In this document: in pieces, positions 22,092-32,136 of the stretch | Position numbering within the stretch: the stretch's first letter is position 1 | Layout: each line of letters begins with the position of its first letter | Origin: an uncultured Candidatus Saccharibacteria bacterium | Lineage (GTDB): Bacteria > Patescibacteriota > WWE3 > UBA101185 > UBA10185 | NCBI GenBank assembly: GCA_964490125.1 | Contig: CAZBAJ010000001.1 | Span: forward strand, 3,573-67,572 | Reading direction: 5' to 3' | DNA length: 64,000 nt | Program-made: the position numbers and the translations under genes | Notes under the pieces: generated by a model | What the model was told of the DNA's origin: nothing | Databases searched by the model: none | What the model saw: the letters and a program-made list of their open reading frames with translations, nothing else

Positions 22092-22255
22092 TTCCCAAAC
22101 CGTCTTGTCCACAGGACGAAAACACAGTATTTTTGTCCTACAAACCCGTTTTTGAGGACAAATTTGGTGAAAACCTACGGGGGTGTTGCTTTTTGTATAA
22201 GAATTTGCTTAACTATGCAAGCTAAAGTCAATAAAATTTTAAAGAAAGGACTTTT

Positions 22256-23434
22256 ATGCCAGAATATGTAAGAACTAAACCACATGTAAATGTTGGAACC
22301 ATGGGTCATGTTGACCATGGAAAAACCACTTTAACCGCAGCTATTACCAAGGTATTAGCTGGCAAGGGAGGCGCCCAGTTTAGAGCGTACGACTCTATTG
22401 ATAGCGCGCCAGAAGAAAAAGCCAGAGGTATTACCATTAACATTGCTCATATTGAGTATGAGACAGAAAAGCGTCACTACGCGCATATTGACATGCCGGG
22501 TCATGCGGACTATATCAAGAACATGATTACCGGTGCCGCTCAAACCGACGGTGCTATTTTGGTAGTTTCCGCACCCGATGGTCCAATGCCTCAAACCAGA
22601 GAGCATATTTTGTTAGCCAAGCAGGTGGGTGTTCCCGCAATTGTCGTGTTTTTAAATAAGTGCGACATGGTGCAGGACAAGGAGATTTTGGACTTGGTAG
22701 AAATGGAAGTAAGAGAGCTATTAACCAAGTACGGTTTTGATGGTGATAAGGCGCCAGTTATTAAAGGTTCCGCGGCTAAAGCGCTGGAAGGCGATCCAGA
22801 ATCTATAAAAGCCGTAGAAGAATTGATGAAAGCCGTTGACGAGTATGTACCTACATCGGTAAGGGAGATTGACAAGCCGTTCTTAATGCCCGTAGAGGAT
22901 GTTTTCTCTATTAAGGGCAGAGGTACAGTAGCTACAGGGAAAATTGAGCGGGGTATTATTAAAGTAAACGAAGAGATTGAAATTGTAGGTATTAGAGAAA
23001 CCAAAAAGACCGTAGTTACCGGAGTTGAAATGTTTAAGAAAAGTTTGGGAGAGGGTCAGGCGGGCGACAATGTTGGAATCTTGCTTAGAGGTATTGAGCG
23101 GGACGACATTGAACGCGGACAGGTATTAGCCAAGCCCGGTACGGTTAAACCTCACTATGAGTTTGAGGCCGAGTGCTTGATTCTAACCAAAGAAGAGGGC
23201 GGACGGCACAAGGCGTTCTTTACAGGTTATAGGCCGCAATTTTACTTAAGAACTACCGATGTGACTGGTGATATTACTTTGCCGGAAGGTGTGGAAATGG
23301 TTATGCCTGGTGACAACGCTAAGTTTAAAGTCAAACTTATTACCCCGGTAGCTATAGAAGAAGGTTTAAGGTTTGCTATTAGAGAAGGCGGACATACTGT
23401 GGGTGCAGGAGTTGTGACAAAGGTTATTGCTTAA
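22256..23434 (+). CDS. tuf: elongation factor Tu
   Basis: [22 protein letters not shown] motifs. Confidence 0.97.
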   Translation: MPEYVRTKPHVNVGTMGHVDHGKTTLTAAITKVLAGKGGAQFRAYDSIDSAPEEKARGITINIAHIEYETEKRHYAHIDMPGHADYIKNMITGAAQTDGAILVVSAPDGPMPQTREHILLAKQVGVPAIVVFLNKCDMVQDKEILDLVEMEVRELLTKYGFDGDKAPVIKGSAAKALEGDPESIKAVEELMKAVDEYVPTSVREIDKPFLMPVEDVFSIKGRGTVATGKIERGIIKVNEEIEIVGIRETKKTVVTGVEMFKKSLGEGQAGDNVGILLRGIERDDIERGQVLAKPGTVKPHYEFEAECLILTKEEGGRHKAFFTGYRPQFYLRTTDVTGDITLPEGVEMVMPGDNAKFKVKLITPVAIEEGLRFAIREGGHTVGAGVVTKVIA

Positions 23435-23441
23435 GGATAAA

Positions 23442-23765
23442 ATGGCCGTAAAAGAAGTTAAGAAACAGAATATTAAGATTCGTCTTAACTCGTACGACCA
23501 TAGGATTATAGACTTAAGTTGTGGCAAGATTGTTGATGTGGCTGTAAGAACCGGGGCCCAAGTTACGGGACCGGTTCCTTTGCCCACTAGAATTGAAAAG
23601 TACACAGTTATCAGAGGGCCTCATATTGATAAAAGGTCAAGGGAGCAGTTTGAGATGAGGACTCACAAAAGGTTGCTGGAAGTGGTTGATCCCACGCCAG
23701 CCACCATAGATGCTTTGTCACACCTTAGCCTACCAGCCGGGGTGGGGATTAGCATTAAAGTTTAG
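23442..23765 (+). CDS. rpsJ: 30S ribosomal protein S10
   Basis: [13 protein letters not shown]... S10 signature; ATG 23442 with AAGGA SD; tuf stop at 23434. Confidence 0.95.
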   Translation: MAVKEVKKQNIKIRLNSYDHRIIDLSCGKIVDVAVRTGAQVTGPVPLPTRIEKYTVIRGPHIDKRSREQFEMRTHKRLLEVVDPTPATIDALSHLSLPAGVGISIKV

Positions 23766-23839
23766 TGAGTATTCTGTCCAAATACATGTTGACTAAGAAA
23801 ACAACAAATCAAAGGTAGGTGAATCTGGGAAGAAGTCTA

Positions 23840-23866
23840 AAGGCGCCCAGAGGGCGCCTTTTTGTT
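23840..23866 (+). terminator. intrinsic terminator-like hairpin between rpsJ and rplC
   Basis: AGGCGCCC-AGAG-GGCGCCT stem-loop followed by TTTTTGTT. Confidence 0.55.
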
Positions 23867-23955
23867 ATGTCTAGGATCAAAAATTGGAATTGACTGGAAT
23901 TGATTAGTACAAAGCGCAAAAAAAACACAAAGATAATGAGGTAAAAAGAGAACAA

Positions 23956-24414
23956 ATGATAAGAAAGAATGTAGATATGGTTAACACACTAACGGGAAAA
24001 AAACTAAATATGTCGCAAATGTTTGCAGGTAACGGTAAAGTGTTGCCTGTGACTTATGTAGCTTTGGATGAAGCTTTTAAGGACAAGTTGGAGGACGATT
24101 TTGTAGGCAAGTCGGTGGTAGTGGTTGGTTATTCTAAAGGCGGGGGTTTTGCCGGTGGAATGAAGCGTTGGGGTTTTAAAGGCGGACCGGCGACTAGAGG
24201 TCAATCTACTTCGCCTAGGCAAAGTGGTTCCATTGGTTCACAGACGCCGGGTAGAGTAAGAAAGGGCAAAAAAATGGCAGGTCATTTAGGTAACAAACAA
24301 GTAACGGTAAAAGGACTAAAAATTGTAGGATTGGAAAAAGAAGCTTTTAAAATAATGGTTTCCGGACCTGTTCCAGGTGCTAGAAACAGTAAAGTTAAAA
24401 TAGGAGTGCTTTAA
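23956..24414 (+). CDS. rplC: 50S ribosomal protein L3 (short form)
   Basis: GKKLNMSQMF..., KGGGFAGGMKRWGFKGGPATRGQS, GHLGNKQVTV motifs; start could be 23977. Confidence 0.9.
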   Translation: MIRKNVDMVNTLTGKKLNMSQMFAGNGKVLPVTYVALDEAFKDKLEDDFVGKSVVVVGYSKGGGFAGGMKRWGFKGGPATRGQSTSPRQSGSIGSQTPGRVRKGKKMAGHLGNKQVTVKGLKIVGLEKEAFKIMVSGPVPGARNSKVKIGVL

Positions 24415-24415
24415 T

Positions 24416-25246
24416 ATGGCAATGGTGGTAAAAAAGACGGAGGAAAATAATGACAAAAAGATGGAGTCTAAAATTAAGGTCAGTAAAGAGGTAGCTAAAA
24501 AAACTCCTCGTAAACCAGAACCTAAGACTACAAATAATGAAAATAACAAAGGTACTAACAAGGGCAAAGTTGTAGGCAGTCAACCAAGTAAGGACAAAGA
24601 CTCAAAGAATGTTGACAAAATCAACAAGGAAATTGCAGTAGGCTTGACACAAATTACCCAAACCGACTCTTTTGGTAAAGTTTTTAATGCTGACCCTAAC
24701 CCCGCGCTACTTTCACAATATATTAGGGTTTATCAGTCCAACCAGAGGCAAGGCAATGCCAAAGCAAAAACCAGGGGGGAAGTTTCTGGCTCGGGTAAAA
24801 AGCCTTGGAAACAAAAAGGCACCGGTAGATCTAGGGTGGGAAGCATCAGAACCCCGGTTTGGCGACACGGCGGGGTTTCTCATGGTCCGGTGCCCAAAGA
24901 TTGGGCGCTAAATTTGCCCAAAAAAATGAAATCACAAGCCTTTTTTGTCGCCCTCTCTCAAAAGGTTAGCAAGTCACAAGTTTATATGGTGGATAAAATT
25001 GACTTGCAAGAGGGCAGGACTAAAGAACTCTTGGCTCTAACTAAAGCTTGGAATTTTAAGGGAAGCGTATTAATAGTAATCGCTACGGCAAATTACCCCT
25101 TAGTTAGCGCGTCAGCCAATCTACAAACCATTAAAGTTACAACCTGGGATAATTTAAATGCGTATCAACTAGTCGCCCACAGCTATGTAATTTTTGAAAA
25201 AGAAGCTCTGGAAAAAGTAAAGGAAAAATATGCCAAGAATAACTAA
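24416..25246 (+). CDS. rplD: 50S ribosomal protein L4 with about 70-aa Lys-rich N-terminal extension
   Basis: L4 core KPWKQKGTGRSR...; low-complexity K/N-rich N-terminus. Confidence 0.9.
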   Translation: MAMVVKKTEENNDKKMESKIKVSKEVAKKTPRKPEPKTTNNENNKGTNKGKVVGSQPSKDKDSKNVDKINKEIAVGLTQITQTDSFGKVFNADPNPALLSQYIRVYQSNQRQGNAKAKTRGEVSGSGKKPWKQKGTGRSRVGSIRTPVWRHGGVSHGPVPKDWALNLPKKMKSQAFFVALSQKVSKSQVYMVDKIDLQEGRTKELLALTKAWNFKGSVLIVIATANYPLVSASANLQTIKVTTWDNLNAYQLVAHSYVIFEKEALEKVKEKYAKNN

Positions 25247-25637
25247 AGTTTTGCAAAATTTAATATCGACGGAAAAGACGACCAAAGCAAAAGAAGGTCA
25301 AAATGTGTATGTGTTTAAGGTTTTAGGTAGCGCATCCCAGGGTTTAGTAGCAAAGGAAGTTGCTCAAAACTACAAAGTGGAAGTGGAAAATGTTAATTTA
25401 ATGATTGTGCCTGGCAAAAAGCGTAGACTTAGAAAAACTCAAAGGTTTACTAGAACCCCAAAATGGAAAAAGGCGTTAGTGCAACTAAAAGAAGGTCAAA
25501 AAATTGAAGAAGTTAAGGATTCAAAAATCTCTAAGGAAGTTAAGGAAAGTAAAAATACTAAAGACACTAAAGATGCTAAGGATATTAAGAAAGACCAGAC
25601 CGTAAAGGCAGATCAAGATAAGGAGGAGAGCAAATGA
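25230..25637 (+). CDS. rplW: 50S ribosomal protein L23 with Lys-rich C-terminal extension
   Basis: L23 core; position between rplD and rplB. Confidence 0.9.
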   Translation: MPRITKVLQNLISTEKTTKAKEGQNVYVFKVLGSASQGLVAKEVAQNYKVEVENVNLMIVPGKKRRLRKTQRFTRTPKWKKALVQLKEGQKIEEVKDSKISKEVKESKNTKDTKDAKDIKKDQTVKADQDKEESK

Positions 25638-26461
25638 TTAAAAGCTATAAACCCACAAGTGAAGGTATGCGAACCAGAAGGACGCTCATTAGCGATGTAA
25701 CCAAAGCCCGTCCCCAAAAGTCGCTCATTAAAATTTTAACCGGACCCGCAGGTAGAAATAATGGCAGAATTTCTTCCCGCCACAGACAACGAGGTCACAA
25801 AAAGTTTTATAGAGTTGTTGACTTTAAACGCGGTAAATACGACATCCCCGCAACGGTTACAGCTTTAGAATATGACCCAAACAGAGGTCCTACCATAGCC
25901 TTACTATCTTACGCCGACGGTGAAAAAAGCTACATTTTAGCGCCGGAAGGCTTGCAGGTAGGGCAAAAAGTTATCTCTTCCAAAAATTCCGTGGAAATGC
26001 TACCGGGAAACGCCACCACGCTTGTGAATCTGCCGTTAAGCGCGGAAGTTCACAATGTAGAACTTAACATTGGCGCAGGCGGTCAACTTATAAGAGGAGC
26101 GGGTTCTTACGGCATAGTAATGGCAAAAGAAGGAAAATATGTTAATATTAAGCTCCCGAGCGGGGAAGTAAAAAAGTTTGCCCAGGATTGCATGGCTACA
26201 ATTGGGGTATTATCTAACGGCGATTTGCGAAATAGGGTTTTAGGTAAGGCTGGAATTGGTAGACATTTAGGCATGCGACCTCATATTAGGGGTGTTGCTG
26301 TAGCTAATCCCACAGATCATCCTCACGGCGGTTCTTATAAAGATAAAGGTGTAGGTGCGCCTTCTCCAAAGTCGCCATGGGGTTGGAAGACCAAAGGTAA
26401 AAAGACCAGAAGCAGAACCGTAGGTTTAAAGTATTTAGTTAGCGGTAAAAAGGCAAAGTAA
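25634..26461 (+). CDS. rplB: 50S ribosomal protein L2
   Basis: L2 signatures incl. [13 protein letters not shown]..., HPHGGG. Confidence 0.95.
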   Translation: MIKSYKPTSEGMRTRRTLISDVTKARPQKSLIKILTGPAGRNNGRISSRHRQRGHKKFYRVVDFKRGKYDIPATVTALEYDPNRGPTIALLSYADGEKSYILAPEGLQVGQKVISSKNSVEMLPGNATTLVNLPLSAEVHNVELNIGAGGQLIRGAGSYGIVMAKEGKYVNIKLPSGEVKKFAQDCMATIGVLSNGDLRNRVLGKAGIGRHLGMRPHIRGVAVANPTDHPHGGSYKDKGVGAPSPKSPWGWKTKGKKTRSRTVGLKYLVSGKKAK

Positions 26462-26463
26462 GT

Positions 26464-26757
26464 ATGTCAAGATCACTAAAAAAAGGACCGTATTTGGATC
26501 CAAGATTAATGGAAAAAGTTAAAAAAGCAGTAGATGCGGGCGACAGAAAGCCCATTAAAACCTGGGCGCGTAGAAGTACTATCAGCCCGGAAATGGTGGG
26601 TTTAACTTTTGAAGTCCATAACGGCAAGCAATTTTTGCCGGTGCTTTGTAGCGAGTCCATGGTAGGTCATAAATTAGGGGAATTTTCCTTCACCAGAAGG
26701 TTCCCGGGTCATTCGTCCAAAAAAGGAAAGGAAACAAGTGCAAAAGAGAGTAAATAA
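26464..26757 (+). CDS. rpsS: 30S ribosomal protein S19
   Basis: SRSLKKGPY..., GHKLGEF motif. Confidence 0.95.
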   Translation: MSRSLKKGPYLDPRLMEKVKKAVDAGDRKPIKTWARRSTISPEMVGLTFEVHNGKQFLPVLCSESMVGHKLGEFSFTRRFPGHSSKKGKETSAKESK

Positions 26758-27091
26758 TCCAAAATGTGTTTATAAGTATGCCAAAATCTCACCAAAAAAG
26801 GTGATGCCGGTGTTGACTGCGGTAAGAAAAAAATCCGTTGCTGACGCGGTAAATTTCTTGACTTTTGATACTACTAAAGCTTCCAAAATGGTCTTAAAAG
26901 CATTATCTTCTGCCATAGCAAACGCCAAGCAAAAAGGATTAGCAGAAGAAGGATTAGTTATTCACAAAGCTACTGTTGATACAGCGCCAACCGCCAAAAG
27001 AGGTCACCCTGGTTCAAGGTCGCACTATTCTAGAATTTTAAAACGGAGTTCACATATTACCATGGAAGTTGGGCAAAAGGAGGGTAAGTAA
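26738..27091 (+). CDS. rplV: 50S ribosomal protein L22
   Basis: AKISPKKV...VADAVNFL L22 N-terminal signature; overlaps rpsS end. Confidence 0.9.
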   Translation: MQKRVNNPKCVYKYAKISPKKVMPVLTAVRKKSVADAVNFLTFDTTKASKMVLKALSSAIANAKQKGLAEEGLVIHKATVDTAPTAKRGHPGSRSHYSRILKRSSHITMEVGQKEGK

Positions 27092-27723
27092 TGGGTCATA
27101 AAATAAATCCTACCGGTTTTAGAATGGGCATTAATAAGGACTGGACTTCCCGCTGGTATTTAAGCAAAAAAGCGGTTGCGCCCGCCTTACTAGAAGATTT
27201 TACTATCAGAAAATTTCTTACCAAGAGATTTGAAACGGCGGGAGTAAAGTGCATAGAAATTGACAGGTCATTAAACGATGTAGCGGTTACGGCAAGAGTT
27301 TCTAAACCTGGCGTGGTTATTGGTAGGGGTGGTGCAGGCGTGGACGAGGTTAGAGATGAGCTTAAAAAAATCACCAAAGTAAAAACCAGCTTGACGGTGG
27401 AAGAGGTAAAAAACGCTGAAACCGATGCTCAATTGGTGGCGGATTATATTACCAGACAATTAAAAAGAAGACTACCTTACAGACGGGTTATGACCTCCGC
27501 AATAAATTCTGCCATGGAACGCGGAGTTAAGGGGATTAAAATTAGGCTGGCCGGGTTGTTAGGCGGACCTATGAGTATCGCCAGAACAGAAACTTTGGCG
27601 CAAGGTTCTGTGCCGTCTCAAACTATAAGGGCAGACATTGATTTTGCAAAAATGGATTGTCTTATGCCGTACGGCAAAGTTGGCATAAAAGTTTGGATTT
27701 TTAAAGGACTAAAGGAGATTTAA
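27091..27723 (+). CDS. rpsC: 30S ribosomal protein S3
   Basis: GHKINPTGFR, KH domain GRGGAG. Confidence 0.95.
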   Translation: MGHKINPTGFRMGINKDWTSRWYLSKKAVAPALLEDFTIRKFLTKRFETAGVKCIEIDRSLNDVAVTARVSKPGVVIGRGGAGVDEVRDELKKITKVKTSLTVEEVKNAETDAQLVADYITRQLKRRLPYRRVMTSAINSAMERGVKGIKIRLAGLLGGPMSIARTETLAQGSVPSQTIRADIDFAKMDCLMPYGKVGIKVWIFKGLKEI

Positions 27724-27725
27724 TT

Positions 27726-28136
27726 ATGTTAATGCCTAAAAAAGTTAAATACCGTAAGCAAATGCGGGGCATAAACAAGGGCATGGCGCTTAGGGGTTTT
27801 ACCATTGCGTACGGGGATTACGCCATAAAAGCTATGGACAGGGGTTTATTGACATCCAGACAGATTGAAGCGGCCAGAAAAGCCGTGTCTCACGCCACAA
27901 AAAGGGGCGGTAAGCTTTGGATAAGGGTTTTTCCCGATAAAGCCGTTGCCAAAAAAGCCAATGAAACCAGAATGGGAAGTGGAAAATCCCCCACCGATCA
28001 TTACGCGTGTATTATAAAACCTGGCAAAATTATTTTTGAAATTGGCGGAACCACGCAAGAAGTCGCAGAAAAAGCTTTATGGACAGCAGGCAGAAAATTG
28101 CCAATTAGGACTAAATTTATTAAGGAGGGCGAGTAA
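27726..28136 (+). CDS. rplP: 50S ribosomal protein L16
   Basis: MLMPKKVKYRKQ..RG L16 signature. Confidence 0.95.
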   Translation: MLMPKKVKYRKQMRGINKGMALRGFTIAYGDYAIKAMDRGLLTSRQIEAARKAVSHATKRGGKLWIRVFPDKAVAKKANETRMGSGKSPTDHYACIIKPGKIIFEIGGTTQEVAEKALWTAGRKLPIRTKFIKEGE

Positions 28137-28372
28137 TGAGTGTTAAAAAATTTATAGGTCAAGTAGTGTCGACAAAAATGGTTGGTACGGTGGTAGTGGC
28201 GGTTGACGCGTCAAAAAGACACCCTGTCTACCGGAAAATGATTAAAATCACAAAAAGAATTAAAGCACACACTACTGACAAATATGCCGTGGGCGATTTA
28301 GTGGAAATACAGGAAACCAAACCGTTTTCTAAAGAAGTAGCATTTAAAGTTGTAGGAAAGGTTACAAAATAA
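28136..28372 (+). CDS. rpsQ: 30S ribosomal protein S17
   Basis: GQVVSTKMVGTVVVAV...RHPVYRK signature; directly abuts rplP with no rpmC between. Confidence 0.9.
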   Translation: MSVKKFIGQVVSTKMVGTVVVAVDASKRHPVYRKMIKITKRIKAHTTDKYAVGDLVEIQETKPFSKEVAFKVVGKVTK

Positions 28373-28378
28373 CAAATT

Positions 28379-28747
28379 ATGTTGCAAAGAGGTAGCACAC
28401 TTAAAGTGGCAGACAATAGCGGAGCCAAACTTCTAAAAGTTATTGGGACTTTGGGTAACTCCAGGCTTAAATTTATGGGTATTGGGGACACGGCAGTGTG
28501 CGCGGTAAAAGGTGCCAGTTCAACCGGCGTTGTAAAAGATCATTCAATAGTAAAAGCGTTAATTGTGCGGACTAAAAAAGAAATTAGGAGACAAGACGGT
28601 AGCTATGTAAGGTTTGATGATAACGCTGGAGTGGTAATTAATAACGACGACAACATGGTAGCCACAAGAATTTTTGGTCCTATTGCTAGGGAAATTAGGG
28701 ACGCGGGTTATTTAAAAGTTGCTTCATTGGCTAAGGAGGTTTGGTAA
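28379..28747 (+). CDS. rplN: 50S ribosomal protein L14
   Basis: MLQRGSTLKVADNSGAK L14 N-terminus. Confidence 0.95.
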   Translation: MLQRGSTLKVADNSGAKLLKVIGTLGNSRLKFMGIGDTAVCAVKGASSTGVVKDHSIVKALIVRTKKEIRRQDGSYVRFDDNAGVVINNDDNMVATRIFGPIAREIRDAGYLKVASLAKEVW

Positions 28748-28801
28748 GTTTGACAGGTTTGGTAAATAGACCGTAAAAAACTACCAATTAAGGTTAAATC
28801 T

Positions 28802-29113
28802 ATGAAAATAAGAAAGGGCGACAAAGTAAAAGTTATAGTGGGAAAAGACGCCGGTAAACAAGGTAAGGTTTTACTTACCCTAAAAGATAGGGAAAAAATT
28901 GTGGTAGAAGGCGTAAATATTGTCAGCAGACATGTTAAACCGGGCAAAGTTTCTAAAGAAGGTGGCATTATTAAAATAGAAAAGCCCATTGCAGTAAGTG
29001 ATGTCATGCTGGTTTGTCAAAAATGCGGAAAGCCGGTGCGGGTCGGGTTTTCTATTGCGGGTGAAAAAAAGTATCGGGTGTGTAAAAAGTGCGGGGAGGT
29101 CTTTACGTCATGA
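28802..29113 (+). CDS. rplX: 50S ribosomal protein L24
   Basis: MKIRKGDKVKVIVGKDAGKQGKV KOW motif. Confidence 0.9.
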   Translation: MKIRKGDKVKVIVGKDAGKQGKVLLTLKDREKIVVEGVNIVSRHVKPGKVSKEGGIIKIEKPIAVSDVMLVCQKCGKPVRVGFSIAGEKKYRVCKKCGEVFTS

Positions 29114-29652
29114 GCGATTTACATAAAAACTATACCGACAAAGTAGTCGGACAACTTAAAAAAGATTTACAGCTGGAAAATGCCATGCAGGTGCCGGCAG
29201 TAAAAAAGATAGTTATTAACGCCGGAATAGGTAGTATTAAGGACTCAAAAGAGGCGCTGGAAACTTTTGTAGCGGAACTTACCGCGTTAAGCGGACAAAA
29301 ACCGTCGCCCAGAAAAGCCAGATTAAGCGAAGCGGGTTTTAAAATAAGAAAAGGGGAAACTGTGGCTTATACAGTTACTCTGCGGGGAAAAGCCATGTGG
29401 GCGTTTTTAGACAAGCTAAATAATGTGGTTTTGCCAAGAAGCAGGGGTTTTTGGGGATTAAATAAAGATGCTTTTGACGGTCAAGGGAATTATTCACTAG
29501 GTATTAAAGAGCATACGGTGTTTCCGGAAGTCAACCCTAATACTGTTAAAGCAATAAGATCCATGCAAGTTACCGTCTGTACAAATGCCAAAGATGACAA
29601 CAAGGCTTACGCTCTGCTAAAATCTCTGGGCTTTCCGTTTAAGAAGGACTAA
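29110..29652 (+). CDS. rplE: 50S ribosomal protein L5
   Basis: L5 core; ATG 29110 overlaps rplX stop by 4 nt (ATGA). Confidence 0.9.
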   Translation: MSDLHKNYTDKVVGQLKKDLQLENAMQVPAVKKIVINAGIGSIKDSKEALETFVAELTALSGQKPSPRKARLSEAGFKIRKGETVAYTVTLRGKAMWAFLDKLNNVVLPRSRGFWGLNKDAFDGQGNYSLGIKEHTVFPEVNPNTVKAIRSMQVTVCTNAKDDNKAYALLKSLGFPFKKD

Positions 29653-29653
29653 T

Positions 29654-29839
29654 ATGGCAAGAAAATCGTGGCTAGAAAGAATGAAACGAGAACCAAAATT
29701 TGGAGTCCAAACCTATAATAGGTGCGGTATTTGTGGCAAACCAAGGGCGTATATGCGCAAATTTGGGATTTGCAGAATTTGTTTTAGGGAACTTGCCCAC
29801 AAGGGCGAAATTCCCGGAATAAGAAAGAGTAGCTGGTAA
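29654..29839 (+). CDS. rpsZ: 30S ribosomal protein S14 type Z (zinc-binding)
   Basis: 61 aa, [25 protein letters not shown] CxxC..CxxC. Confidence 0.9.
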   Translation: MARKSWLERMKREPKFGVQTYNRCGICGKPRAYMRKFGICRICFRELAHKGEIPGIRKSSW

Positions 29840-30246
29840 TGAGTACAGATAATTTATCTAATTTATTAAGCACGGTAAAGAACGCCTCTATGGCGGGTCG
29901 ACCGTTTTTTGAGACTGCCTATTTTAAACAGGGTAAAGAGATTTTGGAAGTTCTTAAAACTGCCGGACTTGTTGCGGATGTAAAAGTCTTTAAGCAGGAG
30001 GATACGGGTTTTAAGGGTTTGCATGTTGATATGGTTGTTGACGCCTCGGGATTGGTTAAGCGGTTGGAGATAGTAAGACTTTCTAAGCCGGGTCATAGAG
30101 TTTACCAAAGCTGCAAAAACTTTTTAAAGGTAAAAGCAGGACTTGGTATTTTAGTAGTTTCTACTTCCCGTGGAGTAATGGGTGGGGAAGAAGCTAAAAA
30201 AAGAAAGTTAGGTGGGGAACTTATTTGTAAGGCGTATTTTAATTAA
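29839..30246 (+). CDS. rpsH: 30S ribosomal protein S8
   Basis: S8 family core, spc-operon position. Confidence 0.95.
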   Translation: MSTDNLSNLLSTVKNASMAGRPFFETAYFKQGKEILEVLKTAGLVADVKVFKQEDTGFKGLHVDMVVDASGLVKRLEIVRLSKPGHRVYQSCKNFLKVKAGLGILVVSTSRGVMGGEEAKKRKLGGELICKAYFN

Positions 30247-30254
30247 GGTTTATT

Positions 30255-30806
30255 ATGTCAAGAATTGGTAAAAGAACATTACTAGTACCGGAGGGCGTTG
30301 AGGTTAATGCTACCGGTAGAGATGTTAAAGTTAAGGGTCCAAAGGGTGAGCTTAGTGTAGTTTTGCCTATGGGCATTATGGTAAAGGTTGACGGGGGTTC
30401 GCTGACGACAAACTTAATGGACGAAAGCAAGGCTAAATTACTATCACCCTCCTGGGGATTAGCAAACGCTTTAGTTAATAACGCTTTGCAAGGAGTTAAA
30501 ACCGGTTTTACTAAAAAGTTAGAGCTAAGTGGAGTTGGTTACCGGGCTAAAAAGACTGACAAGGGAATTTCTATGACTTTGGGTTTTTCTCATCCGGTGG
30601 AGTTTGATTTGCCAAAAGGTATAGAGGTTAATGTAGAAGATAACACTCAACTTACGGTGTCCGGTATAGATAAGCAGTTGGTAGGGTTAGTTTCCGCCCA
30701 AATTAGAAAGCTTAAAAAGCCGGAGCCTTATAAAGGCAAAGGAATTAAGTATTCAACCGAGGTTGTTAGAAGAAAACCTGGTAAAGCAGGAAAGGCGCAA
30801 AAATGA
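30255..30806 (+). CDS. rplF: 50S ribosomal protein L6
   Basis: MSRIGKRTLLVPEGVEV L6 N-terminus, two-domain length. Confidence 0.95.
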   Translation: MSRIGKRTLLVPEGVEVNATGRDVKVKGPKGELSVVLPMGIMVKVDGGSLTTNLMDESKAKLLSPSWGLANALVNNALQGVKTGFTKKLELSGVGYRAKKTDKGISMTLGFSHPVEFDLPKGIEVNVEDNTQLTVSGIDKQLVGLVSAQIRKLKKPEPYKGKGIKYSTEVVRRKPGKAGKAQK

Positions 30807-31165
30807 TCTCAAAAGTGATAGCCAGAAAATCAAATAGAGAGCGACGCAAAGTGCGGATCAGGAAAAAGATCCAAGGTACAGCTTTGTCGCCCAGACTTAC
30901 ACTTTTTAGGTCAAACAGGTATATTTATGGACAAATTATTGACGACACTGCGGGCAAAACATTAGTTGCCAACAGCGCGGAAGTCACGGATTTGCACAAG
31001 GGCGTAAAAAAATTGGACGCATCCAAAAAGTGCGGTCAAGCGTTGGCAGAAAAAGCCGTCAAAGCAAAAATTAAGAAAGTAGTGTTTGACAGAAATGGTT
31101 ACATTTACACGGGTAGAGTAGCAAAATTTGCAGAAGGCGCCCGCGAGGGAGGTTTAGAATTTTAA
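30803..31165 (+). CDS. rplR: 50S ribosomal protein L18
   Basis: RLTLFRSNRYIYGQIIDD L18 signature. Confidence 0.9.
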   Translation: MISKVIARKSNRERRKVRIRKKIQGTALSPRLTLFRSNRYIYGQIIDDTAGKTLVANSAEVTDLHKGVKKLDASKKCGQALAEKAVKAKIKKVVFDRNGYIYTGRVAKFAEGAREGGLEF

Positions 31166-31166
31166 T

Positions 31167-31718
31167 ATGAGACCACAATCAGACGGTTTTGAAGAAAAAA
31201 TAATAGAGATTAAGCGGGTTTCCAAAAAAACTAAAGGTGGAAACAAAATCAGGTTTACTGCCTTGGCGGTGGTGGGCGACAAAATAGGCAAGGTGGGTTA
31301 CGCAATGGCAAAAGCGCTAGATGTTACTACCGCAATTTCCAAAGCATTAGCACGGGCTAGGCGTGATGTTATTGCCATAACCTTAGCAGACAATACTATT
31401 CCGCACGAGGTTACCCAGTCGTACAAGTCGTCTTCGGTAAAAATGATGCCTGCACCCAAAGGTTCCGGTATTATTGCTGGTGGCGCGGTTAGAGAAGTTT
31501 TGGCGCTCTGTGGTGTTAAGGATGTGTCGGCAAAAATGCTTGGTTCTAACAATAAGCATGGTGCGGTAATTTGCACAGTCAACGCGCTCAAGAAGTTAGA
31601 AAAGAAGATTGTTAAAGTTTCTAATGTGGACAACAAAGCAGACGGGTCGACGGAAATTAAAAGTGCTAAGGAAGTTAAAGAAGTTAAAGTAAACCAAGGA
31701 GAAGGCGATGTTAAGTAG
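31167..31718 (+). CDS. rpsE: 30S ribosomal protein S5 with about 30-aa C-terminal extension
   Basis: S5 dsRBD and C-domain motifs. Confidence 0.95.
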   Translation: MRPQSDGFEEKIIEIKRVSKKTKGGNKIRFTALAVVGDKIGKVGYAMAKALDVTTAISKALARARRDVIAITLADNTIPHEVTQSYKSSSVKMMPAPKGSGIIAGGAVREVLALCGVKDVSAKMLGSNNKHGAVICTVNALKKLEKKIVKVSNVDNKADGSTEIKSAKEVKEVKVNQGEGDVK

Positions 31719-32136
31719 TTTACCAAAAATTTATGGGAATAAGTCCGCCAAAAAGCGCGTTGGACGGGGTGGTGGTAGTGGAAAAGGCTTTCACACTACG
31801 GGAACAGGTCATAAAGGTCAAAATGCTAGGCGTGGTCACGGGATTCCGGTGGGTTTTGAGGGCGGTCAGGTACCGTTGTACAAAAAACTACCTAAGATCC
31901 GGGGTTTTAAAAGGTCGTACAAACAAAAACCCGCAATAGTTAATCTTAACGCGCTTGGAGCCTTTAAAGCTGGGGATCAGGTAAACCCCCAAACGCTACT
32001 GGAGAAAAAACTTATCACAAAAAAAGATCTTACCAGAGAGATTAAAATTTTAGGTGAGGGAAGTTTAACAACCAAGCTTGAGTTTAGCGGAGTCAGTTTT
32101 TCCAAGTCGGCGCAAAAAACCATAGAAAATGCTTAA
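31708..32136 (+). CDS. rplO: 50S ribosomal protein L15
   Basis: GRGGGSGKG...; follows rpsE directly (no rpmD). Confidence 0.9.
   Translation: MLSSLPKIYGNKSAKKRVGRGGGSGKGFHTTGTGHKGQNARRGHGIPVGFEGGQVPLYKKLPKIRGFKRSYKQKPAIVNLNALGAFKAGDQVNPQTLLEKKLITKKDLTREIKILGEGSLTTKLEFSGVSFSKSAQKTIENA

Noticed and set aside
22092-22255. Possible tRNA in the 164-bp fusA-tuf spacer (tRNAs often sit near tuf)
   Set aside because: No cloverleaf-compatible arms or T-loop GTTCGAATC-like box; only short palindromes and a promoter-like TGTATAAG.
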